The position numbers and the translations under genes are program-made. The notes below the pieces were generated by a model that had not been told where the DNA came from, made no database searches, and was given only the letters and a program-made list of their open reading frames with translations. 64,000 nucleotides of DNA from Cyanophora paradoxa CCMP329. Taxonomy: Eukaryota; Plantae; Glaucophyta. The stretch is from positions 124,001-188,000 of the forward strand of contig QPMI01000097.1 of the NCBI GenBank assembly GCA_004431415.1, given 5' to 3'. Positions 1 through 10,929 of the stretch are shown in pieces. Positions within the stretch are counted from its first letter, which is position 1. Each line of letters starts with the position of its first letter.

Positions 1-722
1 CGCAACGACGCCCGCTTCGGCGGGGCGCCGGCCGGGCGCGGGGCCCCGGCGGCGCTGCCGGAGGCGGCAGGGCCAGAGGCGGGGGAGAGGCCGCGGGCGA
101 GCTTCGGGGAGTGGCTGCAGGGCCTCTTCGGCGTGGAGACCCTCCAGCAGCGCTTCGATCGCTCCGCCGAGGGCGCGCCCCGCTTGGGCCGGCCGCCCCC
201 GCCCCCGCCGCGCGGCTGACGGGCGGGGCAGAGTTCCGGAGGGACCCGCCGTACGTCTTCCACGTCGACCTGCAGGAGCGGCTGCAGCTCTACGGCCTCA
301 TGCAGCAGGGCGCCCGCGGCGACTGCTCCGAGGGTGCGCGCCTTTCCCCGCCCCCGCGCGGCGCCGGGGCGAGCGGGGCGGGCGGGGCAGGGAAGCCCGG
401 GATCTTCTCGGACCCGCACGGGGTGGAGAAGTGGAGCGCGTGGGAGCGGGAGCGGGGCGTGCCGCAGCGGACGGCGCAGGAGGCCTTCGTGGCGCGCCTC
501 GAGCTCGCCAAGGCCAAGGCCCTCGCCAAGATGGCCCCCGAGGGGCAGCCGGCGGCCCCCGCGCCGGCCCCCTCCCCCAAGAAGGGGAAGCACCGCCGCA
601 CGGAGTCGGCGTCGAGCGTGGAGGGGAAGAAGTCGAAGAAGGAGAAGTCCTCGTCCAAGGTCTTCTGGTCCCCGGGCCGCGCCACGCCCCCGCCCGCCGA
701 GGCGCCCCAGCCCTCCGCGTGA
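1..722 (+). CDS. 3' part of an acyl-CoA-binding (ACBP) domain protein; 5' end lies outside the window
   Basis: Removing introns 173-231 (GC-AG) and 334-390 gives LQQRFDRSAEEFRR..ERLQLYGLMQQGARGDCSEGKPGIFSDPHGVEKWSAWERERGVPQRTAQEAFV, the ACBP motif pattern. Basic tail; TGA at 720-722. Confidence 0.8.
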   Translation, partial: QRRPLRRGAGRARGPGGAAGGGRARGGGEAAGELRGVAAGPLRRGDPPAALRSLRRGRAPLGPAAPAPAARLTGGAEFRRDPPYVFHVDLQERLQLYGLMQQGARGDCSEGARLSPPPRGAGASGAGGAGKPGIFSDPHGVEKWSAWERERGVPQRTAQEAFVARLELAKAKALAKMAPEGQPAAPAPAPSPKKGKHRRTESASSVEGKKSKKEKSSSKVFWSPGRATPPPAEAPQPSA

Positions 723-829
723 GGCCCCGCCCTCCGCGCTCCGGAGCGCTGGGCGGGATAAATGGCTAAGCAGCTCGCGGGCCTGTCCACCTGATGATCA
801 GGGCCTCGCAAAGGGATAAAGGCAGAACC

Positions 830-1800
830 TCGGTATCATAGTTCGCAGTTTATTTATGCACTGTTGACCTTTAGATCTCTATTCTGAGATTTCTTAAGCA
901 TAGGAGCATCCCATGATGAGGCCATGAGAGCTCAAGGCATCTGATGCTTCTAGATTTGTATGCAATTTCATTAAATCATGTACCTTTCGATTTCGCAGAG
1001 ATGAGTCGTTATTGTCGTTATTTTCATGTACTGCACGGCAGTTTCATCGTTAGAGTACGTTGAGGCTTAGAGCAAGACACTGAGTTCTGTTCATGTCCAT
1101 CGCTCCACGATGTCAGCCTGCAGCTGGCAGATTCATGATTAAAGCATTCACTGACTCTAATAAACATGGCATCTGGTGATCCGAGCCTCCGAGGCTCGGG
1201 AGCCCCCTGAGGCCGCGGCCCGGCGGGCTCTCAGCCTGGCAAATCCCGGATCGGAGTTCGGCGGTTCTCAGAGTCTTTTCGCCTCCTCCTCTCAGAGTCT
1301 CGCACTCCGATGATCCGATCGGCGAGGGCCCGCGGCCCCGCCCTCCAAGCCTTGAAGGTTCAACGGTTCTCAGAGTCTAGCCCTACTAGGCTAGTACTAC
1401 GGTAGCCTAGTAGTACCCTGCCAGGCCCTGGGGTCCTGGCCATGGCCAGCTGCTGACTCGGCGAGCACCGTGGCTGTGCCACGGTGGCAGTCGCCGTGTC
1501 GGACTCGGGATCTAAAATTCAATTGCAAAAACCCCTCAGCACCCCTTTCCGAAGTTCCAACCGTTGAACCCCCCTCCCCCCTCCCCTTGGGGGGCCTGGT
1601 CCGACCGCGGACGGTCATGATCATGAGGCGTCAGGGCGTGCCTCTGGACCAGGCCTAGCCTACGCTACGGCTGGGCTAAGCCTCGACCCCCCTGAGGGCC
1701 TGAGGAGTAGTGATACCTGATCGACAAAAGCGTGCGCCTCGAAATTTCACGAATAAAGACTGCGAACTACCTAGCACGTGATTTCAACTTACGTTTGCAT
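830..1800. repeat. Lower-GC intergenic island with short direct and inverted repeats
   Basis: TCTCAGAGTCT x3 (about 1266, 1290, 1368); inverted repeat CTACTAGGCTA/TAGCCTAGTAG 1383-1413; CCGAGCCTC/GAGGCTCGG 1181-1199. Shares motifs with 10930-11640. Confidence 0.55.
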
Positions 1801-1924
1801 ATGCCTGCGTGTGCACGGTCCGATCGACGGGACTAAGCGGTATCGCTAAAACCGCGCACAGGTACAGGCGCTGCAGGCCGGCGAGCAGGGTCGGACATCG
1901 ATGCTGCCGGGTCGGGCTGGCGGT

Positions 1925-4900
1925 CTACGAGGCCTCGGCAGGCCCGCGGCGGACGAGCGTCTTCAGGGCGTCGAGGTGGCGCAGCGCCGCCAGGAGGGCG
2001 AAGGGGCCCGCCGCCTCCGCCGCCGCCCCCGCCGCCCCAGCGTCCCCGGGGGGAGCCCGCGGGGGCGCCCGGAAGACCGCCGGAGGGGCCGCCGCGGGGG
2101 CCGCGGCGTGCGGGCCATTCGGACCGCACACGTACACCTGCACGAGGGACGGCGCCGGCGCCGTCGCCGGCTCCGGCGCGGGGCGGGCGATGCGGACGGG
2201 CCGTGCAGAGTCCCCGGCGGCGGGCTCGGCGCATCCTCTGGGGGCGAGGGGAGCGGGGAGGTGGGCCTGGCGGGGCGGGGTGGCGGGGCGGCGCGGCGCG
2301 GGGGCTCCGCGCGAGGCGCCTCGTCGGACTCGTCCTCGCGGGCGCGCTCGGGGCTCTCGCCGGCCGCCGGGACCCGCACCTCGAGCCGCCGCCGCCTCGC
2401 CTCCGCCCGCGGCGCCTGCTCCGCCTCCCGCGCCCCCGCCCCGCCCCGCCCCTCTCTGAGGAGTGCGCGCGACCCGCCGGCTCCTGCCGCCGGCTCCGCG
2501 CCGGCGGCTGCTGCGGGCGGGCCGGAGGGCGGGCCGGGAGCCCGGGCGCGCCGCCGCGCCGGCGGGCCCGCCGCGCTCCGAGGCGGAGGCGCTGACGGAC
2601 TCCTCCTCGGGGCTCGGGCGCCGCCGGGAGGCCCCCGCGCCTTCGAATTCCCGCCCACCGCCCCGGGCTGCCGCCGGCCGGCGCCTGCTCCCGCGCCGTG
2701 GGGTGGGCGGAGGGCGCCCGGCGGGCGGGGCGGAGGGGTGGCGGGGCGGGGCGGAGGAGAGGCGGGAGGCGGTCGAGGGGCGCTCGGGCCGCTCGAGGCG
2801 ACGCTCTCGGCCGCGCCGCCGCGCCACGGGCCGCCCCGGCACCCGCCCGCCCCCGCCCCGCCCCGCTCGCTGCTGCCGCCGCTCTCCGCCACGCTGAGGC
2901 TGCACGAGCTCGCCGGGGCGCGCGAGGCGGTGGCGCTGCCCTCGCCCAGGCGGCGACGCGGGCTGCGGAGGGGGCGAGGGACGAAGCGCGCGGGGGCAGG
3001 GTCCCCTCGAGGAGGTACGCCACCGTCGACAGGCCGCTCGCGTCCCGCTGCACCACCGGCAGCAGCCGCGGCCCGCCGGCACGCCCCTCCCGGCGCCCGC
3101 CTCCGCCTCCCCGCCCGCTCGCTCCGCCCCTGCAGGCCCCTGCGCCGCCGCCTCCGGAGCTGGGGCGGCCGGGGCGGGCGGGAGGGCGGGTGCGGGGGCC
3201 GGGGTGGGGGCGGGGTCCAGGGCCGGGGCCGGGGCCGGGCGGGCGGCGCGGTGTCGTGGAGGAGGCCGGAGGAGGAGAGGAGGAGGGGGTCGTCGAGCAC
3301 GGAGCACTCGCCCGTGCGCTCCAGCACGCTCCGCACCCGCGCCAGCGCCGCGCTCAGCGCGCTCCCCAGCAGCGCCGCCCCGCTCACACCCTCCTCCTCC
3401 TCCGCCTCCTCCTCAGCAGCAGCAGCCGGCGCTCCGCCGATGGCCGCCGCTGGGAGGACGACCGGCGGGGGTGGCGTTGGCGCCTCCGGTGCCGATCCAG
3501 CGCTCGGGCTCTTGATGCGGGGCGCGGAGGGGCGGTGGCCGGGGACGGGACCCGGGCCGGCGGCGGCGGCGGCGCGGGCGGCGGCCTGGGCGGCGGTCTC
3601 CTTGAAGCGCGGCATGCGGACAACCGCTGTCCCCACGGAAGGCGGCGGCGTCCGCGGCCGCTGCCCCGCGGCTACGGCCGGGGGGGCGGCGTGCTGGCGC
3701 GGCGCGCGGCGGTGGCGTCCGAGGCGGGCCGGTCGGCGCGGAAGACGCGGCTCTGCGCTGCGCGTCGGGCTTGGGCGCGGGGGCGGGGCGGCGGTCGGAC
3801 GCACCGTGGATGCGTCCCCGCCAGCGGTCGAAGCGCGCGAGGGCGGCCGCGCCGCCTCGGCCGGGGCCGGCGGCGGCGGCGGTGGAGACGGCGTCCGCAC
3901 CGCCCGCACTTGCTGCTGGGGCTCGTGGGGGCGCTGCGCCTGCGGCTGCGGCTGCCCCGGGGCGTCCCAGGCCTCGCGGAGGGCGGAGGAGGAGGCGGGG
4001 CCGGCCGCCGCGTCCACGGGCAGCGGGACGAAGCGCTGGAAGGCGGCCGCCGCGGGGGCCGACGCGGGGCGGGGCGGGGGCGAGCGGTCGCGGGAGTCGG
4101 GGCGGGGCGGGGCGGGAGCGGGAGCCGGGGGCGGTGCGGGGCGGCGGGGGGCTGCGCTCGGCAGCGAGGGCCTCGGCGAGGGCGTCGGAGAGCATGGAGG
4201 CGTCCGGCGTGCGGTGCGAGCCCGACTGCAGCTCCCCGAAGCTCACCGACACGCCGCCGCCGCCGCCGCCCCCGCCGCCCTCGACCCCGGGGCTGCCCCC
4301 GGCGGGGCGGGGCGCCGGGGAGACGGGGGACTGGTGGTGGGAGAGCATGCCGAGGAGGGAGCTGAGGACGTCGACGGCGGCGCGCGCCGGGCCGGGCGCG
4401 ACGCCCTCAACCGACCACGGGCTGCCCCCGGCGCTCCGGCCCCCCGAGGCCGCCCCCGGGCTGGGTGGGGAGAGGCGGCGCGGCTGGACGACCTGGAGCG
4501 GGGCCGGCGAGAAGGGCGGCTCCGAGTCGGGGCTTTCGGGGCGCTCGTAGCGGGGCGGCGGGCTCGCGAGGGCCTCGCCGAGGGAGCGCGGGCGGTCGAC
4601 CTTGACGGCCGACGAGTCGGCGCCGGAGCGGAACTCATCGAGCAGCTCCCGCAGCGCCTCCCGCGAGTTGCCCCGCTTCCCCGCCCCGCTCCACCGCGAC
4701 ACGTTCGGCGCCACGTTCTCGTTCCCCTCGCTCGACACGCTCGCGTCCGTGCTCACGTCCGCCGCCGCCGGCGCCGCCGCAACTGCGACCTCCTCCCGCA
4801 CGGGCGCCAGCCGCGCCGCCCCCGCGCGCTGCCCGCGGGCCGAGTCGGCGTCGGAGGCGGCGGAAGAGAGCGGGGCCGCGGAGGTGAGGCTGCTGGCCGG

Positions 4901-5413
4901 CGAGCCGAGCGAGTGGGCGCGGCTGCCCAGCGAGAGGTCCTTCGCAGAGGAGCGCGACGAGACGACGGACGCTGCCGAGGGCGACAGCACCGACTCCAGG
5001 CTCGCCAACGGCGCCTGCGAGCTCCGCGTGCTGATTGACGCCCGCGTCGCCGGCTTCGCGCCCTGCGCCGGCGCCGAGGCTGAAAGAAGGTAACGCTGCA
5101 GGGGGTCCTGCTTGCGAAATTTAGAGCAGAAGACGGCGATGAAACAAGAATGCTTTCGAACCATGTGTTCGTAATGCACGGTCCCCTCCTGCGCAGGAGG
5201 CGCCACGGACTTCTCCCTGCAGCTGCGTCTCAGCCGCTTCCAGGCAGCCAGCCTTGCGAGAAGCTGTTTGACGGACCTTTCGAAGCGCGATATATAATCT
5301 TCTAGAAGCTGGGTTGCACTCCGGCCCTCCACTGCCGCCGGTTGCTGCCTGGCGTCGACGGCTTGGGCAGGCGGATCCGTCGGCGCCCTGTGGGCAGTGG
5401 CGGGTTGCGGCAT
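1925..5413 (-). CDS. Large low-complexity Ser/Pro/Ala-rich hypothetical protein; exon structure uncertain
   Basis: Protein-like N-terminal helix (SATQLLEDYISRFERSVKQLLARLAAWK) and C-terminus (PFALLAALRHLDALKTLVRR*) in overlapping minus-strand ORFs. No family recognised. Confidence 0.45.
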
Positions 5414-5426
5414 TCGCTGAACGTGG

Positions 5427-5498
5427 TCTTGGCGCGAGGCCGGGGCTGGCGTGACTCCATGATCTTGGCGCGAGGCCGGGGCTGAGACGACTCCGTGA
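5427..5498. repeat. 36-bp period tandem duplication in a divergent promoter
   Basis: TCTTGGCGCGAGGCCGGGGCTG at 5427 and 5463, each followed by GACTCCnTGA. Confidence 0.85.
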
Positions 5499-5861
5499 AG
5501 CCTCAGCGAACGCCTGCGGGAATTTGAATTTCGCAGGTCCCAGGGCGCAATGGGCAGGGGCGCATCACGCGGAAAAGAACGCTGAGCGTTTCTCTAAGCC
5601 AAAGCGGCCCATCTCACCTCGCGGAGGGCTTCGCCACAGGGTGCGTCGCGGGTGCCGGGTGGCGGGCCTGCGATGCTAGCGGCATGGCTGCAAGCTAGCT
5701 GGCCAACAGCACCCTGCTACGGCGCAGGCAGCAAAGCTATCGCGCTGCCCAGCTGACACGCCGCAATTCTAGGTTACTGTACCCGGGCCACAAAAAAACA
5801 CGTTCGCGGTGCCACTTCGCCGCTGTTCGGCCTGCGGGGCATCGGACGCACCAGTGCAACA

Positions 5862-7099
5862 ATGGTGCTCCCGGGAGTCGCTCCCATTCGGCGCCTTCCC
5901 GATCTTATGGGTCGGCTCGTCGAAGCGGGTGCGCGGGCCTCCCTGGCGCCGCCCGCCACGGCGTTTCTGTGCATTGACGCAGGCCGCGCTTCGCTTGCAG
6001 GCGTCCAGTACGGCCGGTCGCCGGGCGCATGGAATCCGAAGATGGCGAGCTACCTTCTTGGCGAGCGCTCGAAGGTCTACCACCTCTTCGACCTAGATCA
6101 GACGGCAGTCGCGCTGCGGAAAGCCGCCAACTTCGTCACCGACATCACGGCGGATGGCGGCCACGTGATGTTCGTGGGGCGCCGGAAGGGCCTCGCGGAC
6201 CAGATCAAGGAGACGGCGCTGCGCGTGGATATGCCGTACTACAATGTGCGGTGGCGCGGAGGAATCTTCTCCAACTGGAAGGTGGCGGCGAACAGCGTGG
6301 ACCGCTTGATCATCATGGACCATGAGATCGCCGAGAACGAGACGACGCAGCAGATCAAGCCGCGGGAGCTGGCGCTGCTGAAGCGGCGGTGGAAGAAGCT
6401 AGACAAGGCGTTCGGCGGGCTCCGCATGCTGGAGGGCGGGCGCCCCGACGCCATCTTCCTGTTCAACCCGCTGCAGTTCCGCGGCCTCGTGCGGGAGTCG
6501 TTCTTCGAGCACATCCCGATCATCGGGGTGGTGGACTCGAGCGACGACCCGACGGGGATCACGTACCCGATCCCGGGCAACTCGACGCGCGAGGCGGCCA
6601 TCCGCCTCTACCTCGATATCATGGCGACCGCCGTGGAGCGGGGCCGGGAGCTGTGGGCGCAGCAGACGTACCGGGCGGCGCTGGAGTACGCGCGGCGTGA
6701 GGCCGGCAACATCGACTTCAACCCCGACGAGGACGAGCTCGAGGTCCCGCCCCGCGCCCCCGCCCCGCCCCGCGCCCCGCGCCCCGCCCGAGCGGCCCCG
6801 CCCCAGCTCGAGGAGGAGGAGGACACGCTCGCCGAAAAGGTCCGTTCTCGGGGGGCGCGCCGCGGGGCGTCGGGGCGGGGGCTGAGGGGAGGCGGGGCAG
6901 GCGGAGCGGGCGAAGCAGCGGCTGAAGCAGCGGGTGAAGGACGCGATCCGGGACGCGAGCCCCGTGGAGCAGCCCGACGAGGACGAGGAGGCCGACCGCC
7001 GCCGCCGCCGCTACGACGTCCGCCCGCCCCGCCCCGCCCCGTCCCGCGAGTCCCGCGAGCCCCGCGAGCCCCGCGCAGGACGACGACGAGGAGGACGAG

Positions 7100-7133
<34 letters not shown>

Positions 7134-7186
7134 CGGAGGAGGAGGGCCCCGCGCCTTCCCCAGCCGGCCCTGCCCGCGCCCGGTAG
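5862..7186 (+). CDS. rps2: Bacterial-type ribosomal protein S2 (uS2), probably mitochondrial, with acidic C-terminal extension
   Basis: Motifs WNPKMASYLLGER, HLFDLDQT, VMFVGRRK, RWRGGIFSNW, IPIIGVVDSSDDPTGITYPIPGN. Introns 5929-6000, 6744-6806, 6840-6900, 7018-7078; TAG 7184-7186. Confidence 0.9.
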
Positions 7187-7902
7187 GCCCCACGCGCCCC
7201 CTCTCCGACCCATCACCCCTTCTTCGCCCTGCGCTGGGCGCCCCGGTCCCTCTGCCCCCGCCTGGCCCCCCAACGCGTCGGCCCCGTCTGCCCCCGGGCT
7301 CTCCCGCTCCCCCTCTGGCCGCCATCAGGCCCTCCCGTGCCGTGATGCGCCCTGCCCCCTTCCATACTCCCAGGCTCTTCCTCTGCCCGCTGCCTTCGGG
7401 CCTGCGCAATCCCTCTTACTATCGAGCGCGTCGCTGTATTCTTTTCGCTTCGAATCCGGAAAGCAGATGTCTTTGCTCCTCCTCATCATAGCTAGCATGA
7501 CCTGGCGCCGGCGCGTGGCGGCGGCCGCTGCGAGTGAGCCGGCGCCATGCGCCTGGTTCAACGGTTAGCCTTAGCTGCATGCTGCAGTGCGCAGCTCCCG
7601 AAGCCGCGGCCGCCAGATGCGCGTGCCGCAGTGCAGCCGCGCGACGAGCCCCCAAGCCCGCCGGCTGATCATGAGCCCGCGGCGACGTCGACGTCGACAG
7701 CATTAATATTAATCGCGAGCCGAGCTCGAGGGCCGGGCTGGCTATGGGGCGCGCGAGTCACCCCCTGTACCCCTCTCGAGCGCTAGCAGCTAGCTTCTTT
7801 CACGCAAAGCAACAGCGCTTCAGCCCTAGCCACTACTACTGATAGGCGCACAGCTCTGCGCCCCGCAACTGCAGGCGCTGCCCGGTCGCCTCGATCGCGG
7901 TC

Positions 7903-10896
7903 ATGTCTCTCGCTGTGCAGGCGGCGAACAACGTGAAGATCTACAACGTCAGGCGCGTCTCTTCTTCGCACTCGACGACGCGCACGGCGACGCGCACGCG
8001 CTAAGCGGCCCCCCGCAGCTCGGGCAAGACCCTCCCGCAGTGGCTCTCGGAGAAGAAAAAGAAGGCGCTCAAGTACGATGAGGGTGCGGCGCCTTGAGGG
8101 GCCCCGATCGGCGCGCGCCGCGGCTGAGCGCGGCGTACGTCGCGGGCAGACTTCCGGCGGCGCATCGAGCTGGTGCAGGACCTCGAGTTCCCGACCGCGT
8201 CGCAGCGCATACATGCCACGCCTGACGGGCAGTTCCTCCTCGCCGCCGGTGCGCTCCACGGGGCGCGATCGCCGCGCGCCGCGGCGGGTCCGAGTGGTGC
8301 GCGGCAGGGAACTACCCGCCGCAGCTGCGGTGCTACGAGTTCTCGCAGCTGAGCATGAAGTTCCAGCGGAACCTCACCTGCGACGTCTCCCAGTTCCTCG
8401 TGCGCGGCGCCCCGGGGGACCGGCGGGGCGGGCGGGCGAGGGGGCGGCGCGGCGGCAGGTGCTCTCGGAGGACTACGCGAAGCTGGCGCTGATGCTCGAG
8501 GACCGCACCGTCGAGTTCCACGCCCAGTTCGGCTCCTACTACAAGACCCGCATCCCCCGCGTCCGCCCCGCCCCGCCCCGCCCCCGCCCCCGCCCGGCCG
8601 AGCGGAGGGCGGGGCGGCAGGTGGGGCGGGACATGGCGTACGACGCCGTCAGCTGCGACCTGCTCATGTGCGGCTCGGCGCCGCAGGTGCGCGGGGCGCC
8701 GGGCGGGCGGGGCGGGGGCCGGGGGCGAGGGGGCGGCGGGGGCGCGCAGGTCTACCGCCTCAACCTCGAGCAGGGCCGCTTCCTCGAGCCCCTCGAGACC
8801 GACGCCCCCGCCATCCACGTGCCCCCGCCACGCCCCGCCCCGCCCCGCCGCCCCGCCGGCCCCCGACGCCGGCTGCAGGCGTGCCACATGAACCCCGCCC
8901 ACCGGCTGCTGGCGCTCGCCTGCGAGAACGGGACCGTGGAGTGCTGGGACGCCCGGGTGGCGACGCGGGCGGGGTGCCTGGCGATCGGGGACACGGAGGC
9001 GACGGCGGTGCGGTTCGACGGGGACGGGCTGACGATGGCGGTGGGGACGAGCAGCGGGCGGGCGCTGCTCTTCGACCTGCGCTCGCGGCACCCGCTGCTG
9101 ACGAAGGACCACCACTACGGCCTCCCCGTCCACTCGCTCCGCTTCCACGCCGCCTCCCGCCACGTCATCTCTGCTGACGCCAAGGCCATCCGCATCTGGG
9201 ACCGCTCCTCGGCGCGCCCCCCGCCCCGCCGCGCACCGGGGGCGGGGGCTGACGGCGGGGGGGGCCAGGGGCGGGCGATGGCGAGCGTGGAGCCGAAGGG
9301 GGACGTGCGGGACCTCTGCGTCTTCGGCGACTCGGGCCTCCTCATGGCCTCGGGCGAGGCGCAGCGCGTCCAGGTCTACTTCATCCCGGCGCTCGGCCCG
9401 GCGCCCCGCTGGTGCTCCTTCCTCGAGAACCTCACCGAGGAGCTCGAGGAGGAGCGCCGGGGGACCGTCTACGAGGACTACAAGTTCGTCACCCGCGAGG
9501 AGCTCGAGACGGTCGGCCTGGGGCACCTCCTCGGCACCCCGCTCCTCCGCGCCTACATGCACGGCTTCTTCCTCGACCACGCGCGCCGGCCCCGCCCGCC
9601 CCGCCGCGCCCCGCGCTGAGCGCCCCGCAGCGGCTCTACCTGAAGGCGCTGGCGGCCTCCAAGCCCTTCGCCTACGAGGAGTGGCGCAAGCAGCAGGCCC
9701 GCCCCGCCCGGCCCCGCCCCCGCCCCCGGCCCCCGGCGCCCCGCCGAGGCCCCTCCCCGCAGGTGAAGGATCGCCTCGAGAAGGAGCGCGCCGCGCGCAT
9801 CGTCCTCAAGAAGCGCAACGCCGCGCCAAAGGCCCGCCCCCGCGCCCCCGGCCCCGCCCTGCCCCGCCCCGCCGCCCCGGGCGAGGCCGGCGGGGCGCAG
9901 GTGAACGCGAAGCTGGCGGAGAAGCTGGCGAGCGAAAGCGAGGGGGAGAGGGAGGGTGCGACGTCGGGCAAGAAGCGGCGCAAGGAGGACGTCGCCCGCC
10001 GCGTCACCGGCGACGCCCGCTTCGCCGCCCTCTTCCAGAACCCCGTCCGCCCGCCCACGCCCCGCCCCGCCCGCTGCCGGCGGCGGCGAAGGCCGACGGG
10101 GGCGCAGGACTTCGAGATCGACGAGTCGAGCTTCGACTACGCGCGGATGCACCCGACGCGGCCGCAGCGGGGCGGCGGCAGCGACGAGGAGGAGGGCGGG
10201 GCGCGGGGGGCGGCGCGGCGGGGGCGCGAGGCGGAGGACGCGGCGAGCGAGGAGGAGGGCCGCCCCGACGACGCCTCCACTTCCAGGCGCCCCCGCCCCA
10301 CCCCGCCCCGCCCGCCCGCCTCACCCCCCGCCCCAGCTCCAGCGGCGCCGAGGCGAGCGGCAGCGAGGAGGAGGAGGAGGAGGAGGAGCCGCGTGCGCCG
10401 GCTCCTAAGCCGAAGCAGGCGCCCGCGGCGGCCCCGCGCGGAAGCGGGCGCCGGCGATGCGGGTGCGGGAGGCCGGCGGGGGCTGCGGGGGGGCGGGGGT
10501 GACGGGGGCGGGGCGGGGCCAGGGGGCGGTGGGGAGCCGGGAGGAGGCACGGGCGATGAAGCAGACGATGGGGGAGCGGCTGGCGGCGCTCCAGGCGAGC
10601 GCGGGGGACGCCGTCGCCGTCCGCCCCGGCGGCAACAAGGAGCTCACCTTCACGCCCCGCTCCGGCGCCAAGGCCCGCCCCGCCCCGCCCCGCCCCCCCC
10701 CCCCCTCATCCCGCCGGCCCCGCCACGCCCCGCTCTGCGGCGCTGACGTACGGGCCCGCAGAGGGGCAAGGCGGGGAGCGACGGGGAGGGCGGGGGCGCG
10801 CGGCAGCGGCGGGGGATGGATGCTGTGGGCATGAAGGGCAACATCGGCGGCGCACAGCGGAACAACGCCAACCGCTGGTGGCTCAAGAAGCGCTAG
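7903..10896 (+). CDS. NOL10: Nucleolar protein 10 / Enp2 (WD40 + NUC153), about 16 exons
   Basis: NNVKIYNVSSGKTLPQWL, RRRIELVQDLEFP, YRLNLEQGRFL, IPALGPAPRWCSFLENLTEELEE, YEDYKFVT, LLRAYMHGFF, DARFAALFQNPDFEIDE. Frame near 10440-10460 unresolved. Confidence 0.93.
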
Positions 10897-10929
10897 CCCC
10901 CGTCCCCCGGCCCAGCGCTCGAGGGGCCC

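Noticed and set aside
905-948. C/D-box-like ATGATGA..CTGA with an AGCA/TGCT terminal stem
   Set aside because: Only about 45 nt, too short for a typical snoRNA, and such words are common in this TGA/TCA-rich island.
1809-5093. Very long plus-strand ORFs (e.g. 1901-5038) and similar R/P/G/A-rich ORFs throughout the track
   Set aside because: Stop codons are scarce at this GC content; these are shadow or antisense frames, or read-through of stopless introns, with no recognisable domains.
7440-7465. TTCGAATCC resembling a tRNA T-loop
   Set aside because: No cloverleaf can be built around it.
10430-10530. Apparent frameshifts near the NOL10 3' end and the ceramidase 5' end (about 45020)
   Set aside because: More simply explained by indel errors or unresolved splice sites in poorly conserved segments; no slippery-site evidence.
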